From assembly GCA_040002895.1 (NCBI GenBank), contig JBDUDP010000003.1, positions 19,738-83,737 of the forward strand: 64,000 bases of DNA, in the 5' to 3' direction. The notes beneath the pieces were generated by a model, which saw only the letters and a list, made by a program, of their open reading frames with translations, was not told where the DNA came from and did not search any database. Numbering within the stretch: the first letter of the stretch is position 1; each line of letters starts with the position of its first letter. The DNA comes from Gemmatimonadota bacterium (GTDB lineage: Bacteria > Gemmatimonadota > Gemmatimonadetes > Gemmatimonadales > GWC2-71-9). The position numbers and the translations under genes were made by a program. This document shows, piece after piece, positions 48,679 through 57,445 of the stretch.

Positions 48679-49615
48679 CGAGGGCACCATTCACGAGTTG
48701 CTCGACGGGGAGATTCCCTCGAGTGAGCTGCCGCCGATCACCACGCACCTGACGCGTTGCGCCGAATGCCGTGCTCGACTCGAGCGGGCTCAGGCGTTGA
48801 TGGCCGAGGCAGACGAACTGATTGCAGTGCTTGATCTGCCTGCGGAAGCTGAAGCCCCGGCCACTGTGGTCACGCCCATTCGGCGCCCGCAGCACTGGAT
48901 GGCACCGGTGGCATGGGCGGCATCCCTCGTGCTTGCTGCTGGTGTTGGCTATGCGGCGCGCGGCAACCTGCGTCTGGTATCACCGCAGGAACCGGTCGCT
49001 GTCAACGCGCCGATCGACGCCGCCGACAAGGCCGTGGTCACGACGCGAGAAGGTGCGCCACCGGCGTCAGCACCGGCACGCATTGCGCAACCAGCCGCGA
49101 AGTCGAGTGTGGCGCCGCCTACCGAGCAGCGGGCCGCGCTCGCCGAAGCCACCAAGCCCAAGGATGAATCGCGTGAACGCAGCGAGCCTGCACCACCTGC
49201 GGCCGCTCCCGCGATGGCGGCTGGTGGCGCGGTCGGTACGTTGCGCGACGCCGCGTCCGGAAACGCCGCGCGTCGTGCCGACGAGGTCGCTGCGCTCGCG
49301 CCACGCAACGCAGCGGCTTCCAAGCAGATGATTGACGGCAGTTTCGGTGATCGCCTTCCACTGCCGCGTGCCGACACCATCGCATTCCCCGATGCGATGC
49401 GGCTGCTTGGTGGCAACATCCGGCTCATCGGGGGGCTCATTCCCCGCCGATTGGAGTCAGCGGGGAACGAGGTCCGGGTGATCTATCCGCTGGCGAGCGG
49501 AGAGCTGGTGCTGATGCAGTGGCTCGCGTCAGGGCGGATTGTCTGGCGGTTGGCCGCGCCGGCGGGTTTCCCGGCCGATTCGCTCGTGCGGCTCAGGGAG
49601 GCGGTGCGGGAGTAA
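48665..49615 (+). CDS. Zinc-binding anti-sigma factor (zf-HC2)
   Basis: 'HLDEG...HLTRCAEC' HxxxCxxC, then a TM helix and extracytoplasmic tail. Confidence 0.85.
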   Translation: MPHLDEGTIHELLDGEIPSSELPPITTHLTRCAECRARLERAQALMAEADELIAVLDLPAEAEAPATVVTPIRRPQHWMAPVAWAASLVLAAGVGYAARGNLRLVSPQEPVAVNAPIDAADKAVVTTREGAPPASAPARIAQPAAKSSVAPPTEQRAALAEATKPKDESRERSEPAPPAAAPAMAAGGAVGTLRDAASGNAARRADEVAALAPRNAAASKQMIDGSFGDRLPLPRADTIAFPDAMRLLGGNIRLIGGLIPRRLESAGNEVRVIYPLASGELVLMQWLASGRIVWRLAAPAGFPADSLVRLREAVRE

Positions 49616-49642
49616 CGCCCATCGACCATCGGTTATCGACGT

Positions 49643-49699
49643 TTGACGAAAATCTCGCTTCGGCGTATATTCGGTACATCAGCCCGAATAAACCCCGAA
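49643..49699 (+). promoter_or_regulatory. Sigma70-type promoter TTGACG-N17-TATATT with TTCGG-N6-TTCGG and CCGAA-N6-CCGAA
   Basis: -35 at 49643-49648, -10 at 49666-49671; TTCGG at 49659 and 49670; CCGAA at 49684 and 49695. Confidence 0.75.
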
Positions 49700-49712
49700 A
49701 GACGAGCCCCCA

Positions 49713-49904
49713 ATGCTCATCCCTCCTACCCTCGCCCGCATCTCCGCCCGACCCCCCTCTCGCCCCGGCGGCCCGACCGAGCGGCCCGCGCCCAACCCCT
49801 TCACGACCGCCGCCCTGACCCATTGCCCCGACTGCAACGGACCGGTGGCCCATACCTCCGGCTGCGTGACCTGCGTCGCCTGCGGCTGGGGGAAGTGCGG
49901 ATGA
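49713..49904 (+). CDS. Small Zn-ribbon protein resembling the C-terminal ribbon of class II ribonucleotide reductases
   Basis: 'CPDCNGPVAHTSGCVTCVACGWGKCG'; stop overlaps the next ATG (ATGA). Confidence 0.7.
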   Translation: MLIPPTLARISARPPSRPGGPTERPAPNPFTTAALTHCPDCNGPVAHTSGCVTCVACGWGKCG

Positions 49905-50974
49905 TTGCCCCCGCCTCGGCCCTCCCCCCCGGGGGGAGTGCCGCCCCCCCGCAGAGCTACGCCGCCTGGCTCGAACTCGAGAGCCCGAGCGGCACCGGTC
50001 AGCGCACCACCCGCTACCTCTCGCTCCCGCCGCGCGGCGTGCTCAATCCGCCCGCCTCCACCGGGATGGTGTTCTGGTCGATCAACCCGTATGTGGGCTG
50101 CGAATTTGGCTGCACCTATTGCTACGCCCGCGAGACTCATCGCTGGACCGTGGAACGCGCAGCCAATCGCCCCGGTGCACCAGCCACCGCGCGCGAAGCA
50201 GCGGCACTCCCCGCGGCCAAGGCATTCGAACAGCGGATTCTCATCAAGCAGGGCGCCGCCGCCGTGCTCGCTCGCACCCTCAACGCCGCCCGCGTCGGTA
50301 CCGTCCCGATCGTGATCGGCACCGCCACCGATCCCTATCAACCAGCGGAGCGCCGCTTCCGGCTCACGCGCGAACTGCTCGAGCTCCTCCGCCAGCACCA
50401 AGGGCTCCACCTCGGCATCATCACCAAGTCGGCCCTCATTGCACGCGACGCGGCACTGCTCGCGCAGCTGAGTGAACGACATCAGCTCTCGGTCCACGTC
50501 TCGCTCGCCTCGCTCGACGCCCCGCGGCTGCGCCAGCTGGAACCGCGCACTCCCATTCCGGCCGCGCGACTGCGCGCGATGCGCCTTCTCGCCGACGCCG
50601 GCGTACCGGTGGGATTGCTGATGGCACCGATCCTCCCTGGCCTCACCGACAGTCGCGATGCGATGCGCGCCCTGCTGCTCGCCGCGCGCGAGGCCGGTGC
50701 CTCGTGGGCCGCCGGCGATCCGCTCCGGATGGGCCGCGCCACGCGCCACACCCTGCTGCCATGGCTCGATCGCGAACGCCCTGCCCTCGCGCGCCGCTAT
50801 CGCGAGCACTACCAGATGCGCAATGGCGTTGATCACGACTACGCCACCGCCCTCAAGGCACGACTCACGGCACTGCAGGAAGAGGTCGGCCTGCCACACG
50901 CACGCCGCGACCGTACCTTTCACGAACGCTGGAGCGGCGCCGGACAGATGGAGCTGTGGGGCGTTGCCTCCTGA
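49901..50974 (+). CDS. Radical SAM protein, Rv2578c/spore photoproduct lyase-like family
   Basis: 'SINPYVGCEFGCTYCYAR', 'GTATDPYQPAE', 'IITKS', 'APILPGLTD'. Confidence 0.9.
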   Translation: MIAPASALPPGGSAAPPQSYAAWLELESPSGTGQRTTRYLSLPPRGVLNPPASTGMVFWSINPYVGCEFGCTYCYARETHRWTVERAANRPGAPATAREAAALPAAKAFEQRILIKQGAAAVLARTLNAARVGTVPIVIGTATDPYQPAERRFRLTRELLELLRQHQGLHLGIITKSALIARDAALLAQLSERHQLSVHVSLASLDAPRLRQLEPRTPIPAARLRAMRLLADAGVPVGLLMAPILPGLTDSRDAMRALLLAAREAGASWAAGDPLRMGRATRHTLLPWLDRERPALARRYREHYQMRNGVDHDYATALKARLTALQEEVGLPHARRDRTFHERWSGAGQMELWGVAS

Positions 50975-50995
50975 AGCACTCGCAGCAACGCAACA

Positions 50996-51026
50996 AACCC
51001 GGCACACGGTATTCGTGTGCCGGGTT
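50996..51026 (-). terminator. Intrinsic terminator for the M28 peptidase gene
   Basis: aacccggcacacg-gtatt-cgtgtgccgggtt; the T-tract (TTTGTT) is on the minus strand. Confidence 0.75.
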
Positions 51027-51066
51027 CAGTGCTCACCGCACTGGTGAGCGTGCCGTGCTGCGTGCG

Positions 51067-53040
51067 CTACCGCCGGACGCAGGCCTGGTCGAGCGCCGGG
51101 CGTACCGGGGCATTGCCCACCGCAATCGCCAGATCCTTGATGAAGTTGGTGATCGTGGCGTAGTGCGGATAATCGATATACTGCGGCTCATCGGTGACCT
51201 GGTGATAGTCGCCGTGCAAGCCGGTGAAGAAGAAGACGATCGGGATGCACTTGTTGGAATAGTTCGCGTGATCGCTGCGCCCGTAGATGTTGTTGTAGCC
51301 GGGCCAGTGCACCACGCCATCGACCGCCGTGCCGAGCGTCGGGTCATCGAAGCGGCTGTCGAGGCCGATCGGCTTGGCGCGCTTGGCATTCACCGCCGCC
51401 ATGATTCGGCCCAGGTCGCCCGAGAGCCGGTTGGCACCGAGCACGCCGACGTAGTTGTCGCCCCCGCCGACGATATCCTCGGCGCGGCCGCGGCCGATCA
51501 TGTCGATGTTGATCTGGGTCACGATCGAGTCGAGCGGCACCGTCGGATTCGCCGCGAAATACGACGACCCCACCAGCCCCGCCTCCTCCCCCGTGTGCCA
51601 AACGAACAGGATCGAGCGCTTCGGCTTCACCGGCATCTTCGCGATCGCCTCGGCGATCTCGAGCACGCCCATCGAGCCGGAGCCATCGTCATCGGCGCCA
51701 TTGTTGATCGAGTCGGGACGCGCGGGACGAATCTTCCGCAGCGAATCGACGTTCACCGTGACCGAGGCCGCCTGCTCGGGCGTCAGCACCAGCAGGTCCC
51801 CCGTGGCCATCTGCATCTTGAGCCGCATGCTCATCGCGGCGCGTGCCGAATCGTGATCCACCGCCACCGGCCGCACGCCGATGTGGTCGTTGTGTCCGCC
51901 CAGCGCTACATACTCCCCGCGCAACGCGGGATCGCTGCCGGGAATCACCGCCACCACGTTGCGGCCGTAGTCAGTGGGGGTCTCGAGGTAGTTGAGCGAG
52001 GCACTGACGTTGCCGCCCGTGGCACCCAGTGCGATCCCGTCAACACTCTTGCCGAGCAGCATTGCTGCCGCCGCACTGGTGATCCGGAAGATGGGAGCGA
52101 CCGTGTTGACGCTCGTGTTGGGAAACGTGTTTGTCCCAATACCGATACGCCCGTTGCCGGGACGTGCGGCACGCGCGATCGAGTCGGCGCGAGCGAGGGA
52201 ATCGGCGTAGGCCTGCACGCTCGCCGCCGTCTGGCCAGCGGCAAGCGTGCCCGACACCAGTGCGCCATCGCGGACAATGCCGACCTTGCCATTGCTGTTC
52301 ACCACAATGTCACTGCTGGCAGGACGCGCGCCCGGCGCCGCACGCACCATGGTGGCGGGCGGGTTGTTGATCGCTGCGCGCGCAGCGGGAGCGAGCGCAT
52401 CGAGATCGATGGTCGCGACCGCGACCGCCCCGGCAAATCGCCCGGTCGCACCGCCGCCGCCACCGAAGCCACCGCGACGACCACCACCAGCGGGTGCGGC
52501 GCTCGAAGTTGGCGCCGGCGAGAGAATCACGAACTTGCCCGCAGCCTGCTCGGCACTGATCTGCTTCAGCGTGTCACCGGCAACACCGCCGTAAATCACC
52601 TGCGCGGCCAAGACCGCGCTGGGTGCCCGCGCGCCCGGCACCGGCACGAAGTCGGCATTGAAGCGCAGTGCCGTGCCGTTCACGCTCAGCGTGGACTGCT
52701 CGGTGAACTTGCGCTGGATGTAGGGAAGCGTCTGGAAGTAGCTGCCATGCTCGCCGGCCGGCGCAATGCCGAGGCGCTTGAGTTCACCGGCGATGTAGTT
52801 GGTGCCCTTCATGTTCCCGACGCGGCCCACCTGCCGCCCTTCCATCGAGTCGTCGGCAAAGATGTAGAGCCGGGTCATGAGATCGGCTGCGGTGATCGCG
52901 GCCGTCGTCGGCTTCGGCGTGTGCTTCTCGGGATAGCCGTACCGGTTGAGCGGGGCCTGGGCCGCCGTCGTCGCGACGCCTGCCGCAACGAGACCGAGCA
53001 ACAGCGCGCTGGCGCGCGCAATCTGGGAAACGCGAAACAC
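51067..53040 (-). CDS. Exported M28 family metallopeptidase with PA-like insert
   Basis: GGAG before GTG 53040, signal peptide, 'GHNDH', 'NGADDDGSG', 'GEEAGL', 'NIDM', 'RSDH', 'DYH'. Confidence 0.92.
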   Translation of the reverse strand: MFRVSQIARASALLLGLVAAGVATTAAQAPLNRYGYPEKHTPKPTTAAITAADLMTRLYIFADDSMEGRQVGRVGNMKGTNYIAGELKRLGIAPAGEHGSYFQTLPYIQRKFTEQSTLSVNGTALRFNADFVPVPGARAPSAVLAAQVIYGGVAGDTLKQISAEQAAGKFVILSPAPTSSAAPAGGGRRGGFGGGGGATGRFAGAVAVATIDLDALAPAARAAINNPPATMVRAAPGARPASSDIVVNSNGKVGIVRDGALVSGTLAAGQTAASVQAYADSLARADSIARAARPGNGRIGIGTNTFPNTSVNTVAPIFRITSAAAAMLLGKSVDGIALGATGGNVSASLNYLETPTDYGRNVVAVIPGSDPALRGEYVALGGHNDHIGVRPVAVDHDSARAAMSMRLKMQMATGDLLVLTPEQAASVTVNVDSLRKIRPARPDSINNGADDDGSGSMGVLEIAEAIAKMPVKPKRSILFVWHTGEEAGLVGSSYFAANPTVPLDSIVTQINIDMIGRGRAEDIVGGGDNYVGVLGANRLSGDLGRIMAAVNAKRAKPIGLDSRFDDPTLGTAVDGVVHWPGYNNIYGRSDHANYSNKCIPIVFFFTGLHGDYHQVTDEPQYIDYPHYATITNFIKDLAIAVGNAPVRPALDQACVRR

Positions 53041-53134
53041 GGGCACTCCGGGCTGGATGGATGGTGGGGGTGGTTCGGCCTCTCGGCCGCCCATAAACAG
53101 GTGATACGCCTCGCGCCCGGGAAATGTTGACCCG

Positions 53135-54379
53135 ATGAAGACCATCCTCTTCGTCGATCCCCCCGCCTTCTGTACCACGGTGGAGGCGCTCGGCGACCCC
53201 CAGCTGCGCCGCCGCCCGCTCGCGATCGCCCCCCTCGCGGCCGATCGCGCGGTCCTGCTGGCGGTCAGCGCCGAGGCACGGAGTGCCGGACTCGAGCGCG
53301 GCATGGCGGTGGCCCTCGCGCGCCGGGTCTGCCCCGACGTGATCGTCCGCCCCCCCAATCCGCGCCGCTACGCCGCCGCGCACCGCGCGCTGCACGAGAT
53401 CCTGGCCCGAGTCGCCCCCGTCATCGAGCCCCGCGGCTGGGGCCACGCCTACCTCGACATCAGTGGCACCGAGCGCCTCTTCGGCTCGGCCGTGGATGTG
53501 GCACGACGACTGGAACGCGAGGCGCGACGGCGGCTGTCGCTCCCGCTCGCCGTCGGCGTGGCCATCAACAAGCTGGTGAGCGAGGCGGCGGCGACGGTGG
53601 TGAAGCGAGAGTCCGGCGCGGAGATCTGGGCGGTGACGGCGGGAGCGGAAGCAGCATTCCTGGCACCGGAACGCGTGGCACTCCTGCCCGACGTACCCGA
53701 GCGCATCCGTGAACGGCTCGAGGAGTATCACCTCGAGTGGATTGGCGAGATCGCCACCCTCGGCGAGCAGCCGCTGCGCGTGGTCTTCGGTGCCGCCGGT
53801 CGCACCTTGCATGCCCACGCCCGTGGCGTCGACCTGCGACCGGTGCTCTCGCCGGAAGTGCGCGCCGAGTGTCGCGTGACCCACCTGCTCGTCACCGACA
53901 CCAATGATCGTGTCGCCCTGCATGCCCTGCTGCGACCGCTGACCGAGCGGCTGGGGCGTCGCCTGCGCGCCCGTGGACTCAGTGCCGACCGGCTGCTGGT
54001 GACCGTGCGCCACGTCGACGATGCCACGGCCCAACGCGCCATCCGGGTGCCCCCATGGGCCCTCGATGCCGACCTCTGGCGCGTCGCCTGCCGGGCCCTC
54101 GACGCGGCGCTGGCCCGGCGGGTCTCGGTGCGCAGCGTGACCCTGATGGCCGATGAGTTGCGCGACACCCACGCGCAGTTGGAACTCTGGCCCGACCCGG
54201 TGGCACAGGCGCGCCCCGAGGCCGCCGCGCTGCAGCAGGCACTCGATGGCGTCCGCGACGTGCTGCTTCGCCCGCCCTCGGCGAGCGCCCGGCCGGCGGC
54301 CCCACTCTTGCGCGGCAAACCGGTCGGGTGGTGCGATCGTGAATCGCTCGCCTCCCACGATATTGGAGTAACTGGCTGA
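53135..54379 (+). CDS. imuB: Y-family (DinB-fold) polymerase homologue, probably inactive ImuB-like
   Basis: 'FVDPPAF', 'SAEARSAG...GM', 'VGVAINKLVS'; the catalytic SIDE motif reads 'GWGH'; clamp-like motif 'QLELW'. Confidence 0.8.
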   Translation: MKTILFVDPPAFCTTVEALGDPQLRRRPLAIAPLAADRAVLLAVSAEARSAGLERGMAVALARRVCPDVIVRPPNPRRYAAAHRALHEILARVAPVIEPRGWGHAYLDISGTERLFGSAVDVARRLEREARRRLSLPLAVGVAINKLVSEAAATVVKRESGAEIWAVTAGAEAAFLAPERVALLPDVPERIRERLEEYHLEWIGEIATLGEQPLRVVFGAAGRTLHAHARGVDLRPVLSPEVRAECRVTHLLVTDTNDRVALHALLRPLTERLGRRLRARGLSADRLLVTVRHVDDATAQRAIRVPPWALDADLWRVACRALDAALARRVSVRSVTLMADELRDTHAQLELWPDPVAQARPEAAALQQALDGVRDVLLRPPSASARPAAPLLRGKPVGWCDRESLASHDIGVTG

Positions 54380-54446
54380 CAGGAGTGGTACCGGTGATCC
54401 CCTCGCGCTGCCCGACCCGCCAGACCCGGCACCCGGTGCCCTGACC

Positions 54447-56285
54447 GTGTGCGGCATCTGTGGCATCCGGCAGCCACGCGGCACCACGGTCGCGCCCGAC
54501 GAACTGCGTGGGATGCGCGACACGCTGGCACATCGGGGCCCCGACGGCGCCGATCTCCATATCGATGGCCACGTGGGGCTCGGCCATCGCCGGCTCAAGA
54601 TCGTTGACCTGAGCGATCGCGCGGCCCAGCCAATGACCAGCGACGACGGCAACGTCGTGGTGGTGCATAACGGCGAGATCTACAATTTCCAGGCACTGCG
54701 TCGCGAGCTCGAAGGCCGCGGCTGCCAGTTCCACTCACACTCCGACACCGAAGTGATCCTCCACGCCTGGCAGGCCTGGGGCCGGCAATGCGTCGAGCGC
54801 TTCAACGGAATGTTCGCCTTCGCCATTTACGATCGACACACAGGCGAACTCTTCCTCGCTCGCGACCGACTCGGCATCAAGCCGCTCTACTACCGCGCCA
54901 GTACCGGCAGCCTGCACTTCGCCTCCGAAATCAAGGCACTCTTTGCGGTCCCCGGCAATTCACCGGCACTGAACGAAGCGAGCCTCACCGAACAGCTGCT
55001 CTATCGCTCACTCGCCGGAAGCCAGACCCTCTTTGCAGGCATCCACGCCCTGCTGCCCGGGCACTGGCTCTCGGTCGATGCCGCTGGCATCGTGACCACG
55101 CAACAGTATTGGGATCTTGCCTTTGCGTCGCCGAGCGACGCTTCGGAACAGGAGCTCGAAAGAGCAGTGCTCGAGTTGCTGTTCGAGAGCGTGGCACTCC
55201 AGGAAATGAGCGACGTGCCAATTGGCGTGCAGTTGAGTGGTGGCCTGGATTCGGCGCTGGTAACGGCGGCAATGGCACGCGCTGGCCAGCCCACGGTACA
55301 GAGCTTCACCGTGGGGTTCGAGGAGCCGGGATTCAGCGAACTGGCCGAGGCACGAGCGGTATCGGCACGCTATCACACCGGGCATCACGAGATCATTGCG
55401 CGCGAGCAGGAATTCGCCAGCACACTCGACACGCTCACCTGGCATCACGATCTACCGCTCGCGCACGCCAACTCGATGGGCATCTATTCGCTCTGTCGCG
55501 CGGCCAAGCCACTCGCCACCGTGCTGCTCACCGGTGAAGGCGCCGACGAGACCTTCGCCGGATACCATCGGTATGCCTGGCTGCAACGGCACGCCACGGC
55601 CCGGCGCTGGCTCCAGCCCATCGCACCACTGCTGCCCGCCAGTGGCACCGGTCGCGTGGCGTCACTGCGCAACGCACTGACGCGATCACCCGAAGAGTTC
55701 CTCGCACTCAGCACGGCGCGAGGCTTCGCGGACTTCGCGGCACATCTGGATCCCGCGTCGGTGTCGGAAGTGGTCGCACGCCGCGTCGCACTGCTCACGC
55801 CGGCTGCGCACACGAGCGCGCTCAACCGGTCGCTCTATTACGACCTCAAGAGTTATCTCCCACCGATCCTGATGCGCCAGGACAAGATGAGTATGGCGCA
55901 CGGTGTCGAGACCCGGGTGCCGTTTCTCGATCATCGTCTCGTGGAACTTGCCTTCCGCACGCCAGCGAGCGTACGACTCCGCCGCGGCACCGGCAAGTGG
56001 ATCCTCAAGCAGATTGCCCAGCCGTTCCTGCCTGCCGACCTCGTCTCGCGCCCCAAGAACGGCTTCTCCTTTCCGCTCGCCCAGTGGCTCCGTTCTCCCA
56101 ACGGCCTCGGCGCCCGCCTCGATCCCATCCTCGACAGCGGCAGCATCAGTCGCCGCCTGCTCCCCCGCCCCCAACTCCAGCAGCTGATCACCAGCCATCG
56201 GAACGGCCAGGCCGATCACGCCGAGGTGCTTTGGGGCCTTTTGGCACTGGAAAGCTGGAAAACGGTGTTTTTGGGCGGAAAATGA
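54447..56285 (+). CDS. asnB: Asparagine synthase (glutamine-hydrolysing)-family amidotransferase
   Basis: 'MCGI', 'HRGPD', 'HNGEIYN', 'LSGGLDS', 'TGEGADE', 'RVPFLDH'. Confidence 0.92.
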   Translation: MCGICGIRQPRGTTVAPDELRGMRDTLAHRGPDGADLHIDGHVGLGHRRLKIVDLSDRAAQPMTSDDGNVVVVHNGEIYNFQALRRELEGRGCQFHSHSDTEVILHAWQAWGRQCVERFNGMFAFAIYDRHTGELFLARDRLGIKPLYYRASTGSLHFASEIKALFAVPGNSPALNEASLTEQLLYRSLAGSQTLFAGIHALLPGHWLSVDAAGIVTTQQYWDLAFASPSDASEQELERAVLELLFESVALQEMSDVPIGVQLSGGLDSALVTAAMARAGQPTVQSFTVGFEEPGFSELAEARAVSARYHTGHHEIIAREQEFASTLDTLTWHHDLPLAHANSMGIYSLCRAAKPLATVLLTGEGADETFAGYHRYAWLQRHATARRWLQPIAPLLPASGTGRVASLRNALTRSPEEFLALSTARGFADFAAHLDPASVSEVVARRVALLTPAAHTSALNRSLYYDLKSYLPPILMRQDKMSMAHGVETRVPFLDHRLVELAFRTPASVRLRRGTGKWILKQIAQPFLPADLVSRPKNGFSFPLAQWLRSPNGLGARLDPILDSGSISRRLLPRPQLQQLITSHRNGQADHAEVLWGLLALESWKTVFLGGK

Positions 56286-56321
56286 TGCTTTTGGGCGGGT
56301 TTTCAGCGTGATTTCGCGCGT

Positions 56322-56364
56322 TTGACGTTTCGATATCTTCGGTGTATCTTCGGTATCACTTCCT
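56322..56364 (+). promoter_or_regulatory. Second copy of the promoter/operator: TTGACG-N17-TATCTT with TTCGG-N6-TTCGG
   Basis: -35 at 56322-56327, -10 at 56345-56350; TTCGG at 56338 and 56349, TTCCT at 56360; same offsets as the 49643 site. Confidence 0.7.
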
Positions 56365-56395
56365 CAGAAGCCGCTATGTCCGTCCTGTTCTGCCG

Positions 56396-57355
56396 CTACT
56401 CCTCCCACGCCAGCACCACCTTCCCGAAGGTGGCGTTGCTCGCGAGCAGGTCGTATCCCTGCTCGGCGTCGCGCATCGGCAGCACCGTCTCGACAATTGG
56501 CCGCAGTGCTCCCTGGGCGAAGTGTGGCAGCACGGCCGCGGCAAACAGTTCCAGCAACTCTGCGCGTTCCGCGAGCGACCTGACCCGCATCACAGTGCCG
56601 ATGATCTCCAGCCGGCGCCGCAGCACAATGCCAAGATCAATCCCCGGTGCGTTCGCACCGGTGAGCGTCCCCAGCAGCACCAAGCGACCACGCGGCGCCA
56701 GCAGGCCGAGGTTGGCTTCCAGTGCAGCAGCACCAAGCGTATCGATGATCGCGTTGACTGGAGCACCCACCTGTGCCGGCCAGTCGGCATCGGTCGTGAG
56801 CACGCCGTGGTGCATCCCCAGTGCCTCGCAGCGCACCAGTTTCGCGGGCGTACGCGAGCTGCCGATCAGCTCGATTTCCAGCACTCGCGCGAGTTGCGAC
56901 ACCGCCGTCCCCACACCGCTGCCGATCGCGTGCATCAGGACGCGCTCGCCCTGGCGTACTTTCCCGCGCAACACCAGGGCATCCCACGCTGTCAGGAAGG
57001 CCTCGGGAATCGCTGCGGCGTGGCGGAGCGTCATTCCTTCGGGCACCCGCAGCACTTCACTCTCGTGCACGGCCAGGTGTTCCGCTGCGGCACCGCCGCC
57101 CACCAGCCCCATCACGCGGTCGCCGGGCTGCCAGCGGGTCACGTCAGCGCCGGCGGACATCACGGTGCCGGCGTACTCCATTCCCGGAATGTCATCCGGC
57201 CACCCTGGCGGCGGCGGATACTTCCCGGCGCGCTGCAGCAGGTCGGCCCGATTCAGCCCGATGGCAGCCACGGCCACGACGATCTGTCCCGCACCAGCGA
57301 CGGGATCGGGGCGGTCGACGATTTCGAGCGAGGGGATAATGACGGCGCGCATCAC
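56396..57355 (-). CDS. NAD(P)H-quinone oxidoreductase (zeta-crystallin/PIG3 family)
   Basis: 'GLNRADLLQRAGKYPPPPG', 'PGMEYAG', 'PEAFLTAW', 'GSGVG', 'GKVVL'. Confidence 0.92.
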   Translation of the reverse strand: MMRAVIIPSLEIVDRPDPVAGAGQIVVAVAAIGLNRADLLQRAGKYPPPPGWPDDIPGMEYAGTVMSAGADVTRWQPGDRVMGLVGGGAAAEHLAVHESEVLRVPEGMTLRHAAAIPEAFLTAWDALVLRGKVRQGERVLMHAIGSGVGTAVSQLARVLEIELIGSSRTPAKLVRCEALGMHHGVLTTDADWPAQVGAPVNAIIDTLGAAALEANLGLLAPRGRLVLLGTLTGANAPGIDLGIVLRRRLEIIGTVMRVRSLAERAELLELFAAAVLPHFAQGALRPIVETVLPMRDAEQGYDLLASNATFGKVVLAWEE

Positions 57356-57370
57356 ACAAGGTAGGTCTCA

Positions 57371-57424
57371 CGAAGCGGAGGCGCTGGGTCGTGGGTTCCG
57401 CCCCCTCGCTTCGCTCAGGGTGAC
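57371..57424. repeat. REP-like palindromic element remnant
   Basis: CCCTCGCTTCGCTCAGGGTGAC resembles one arm of a widespread intergenic palindrome; CGAAGCG at 57371 can pair with CGCTTCG at 57407. Confidence 0.45.
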
Positions 57425-57445
57425 GGCGCCACCGGAGATCTCCAC

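Noticed and set aside
53070..53090. TTCGG..CTCGG upstream of imuB as a third operator
   Set aside because: Spacing is shorter than 11 bp and there is no matching -35/-10.
52784..54652. 622-aa minus-strand ORF and similar long overlapping ORFs across the window
   Set aside because: GC-rich shadow frames of well-supported genes, with no motifs.
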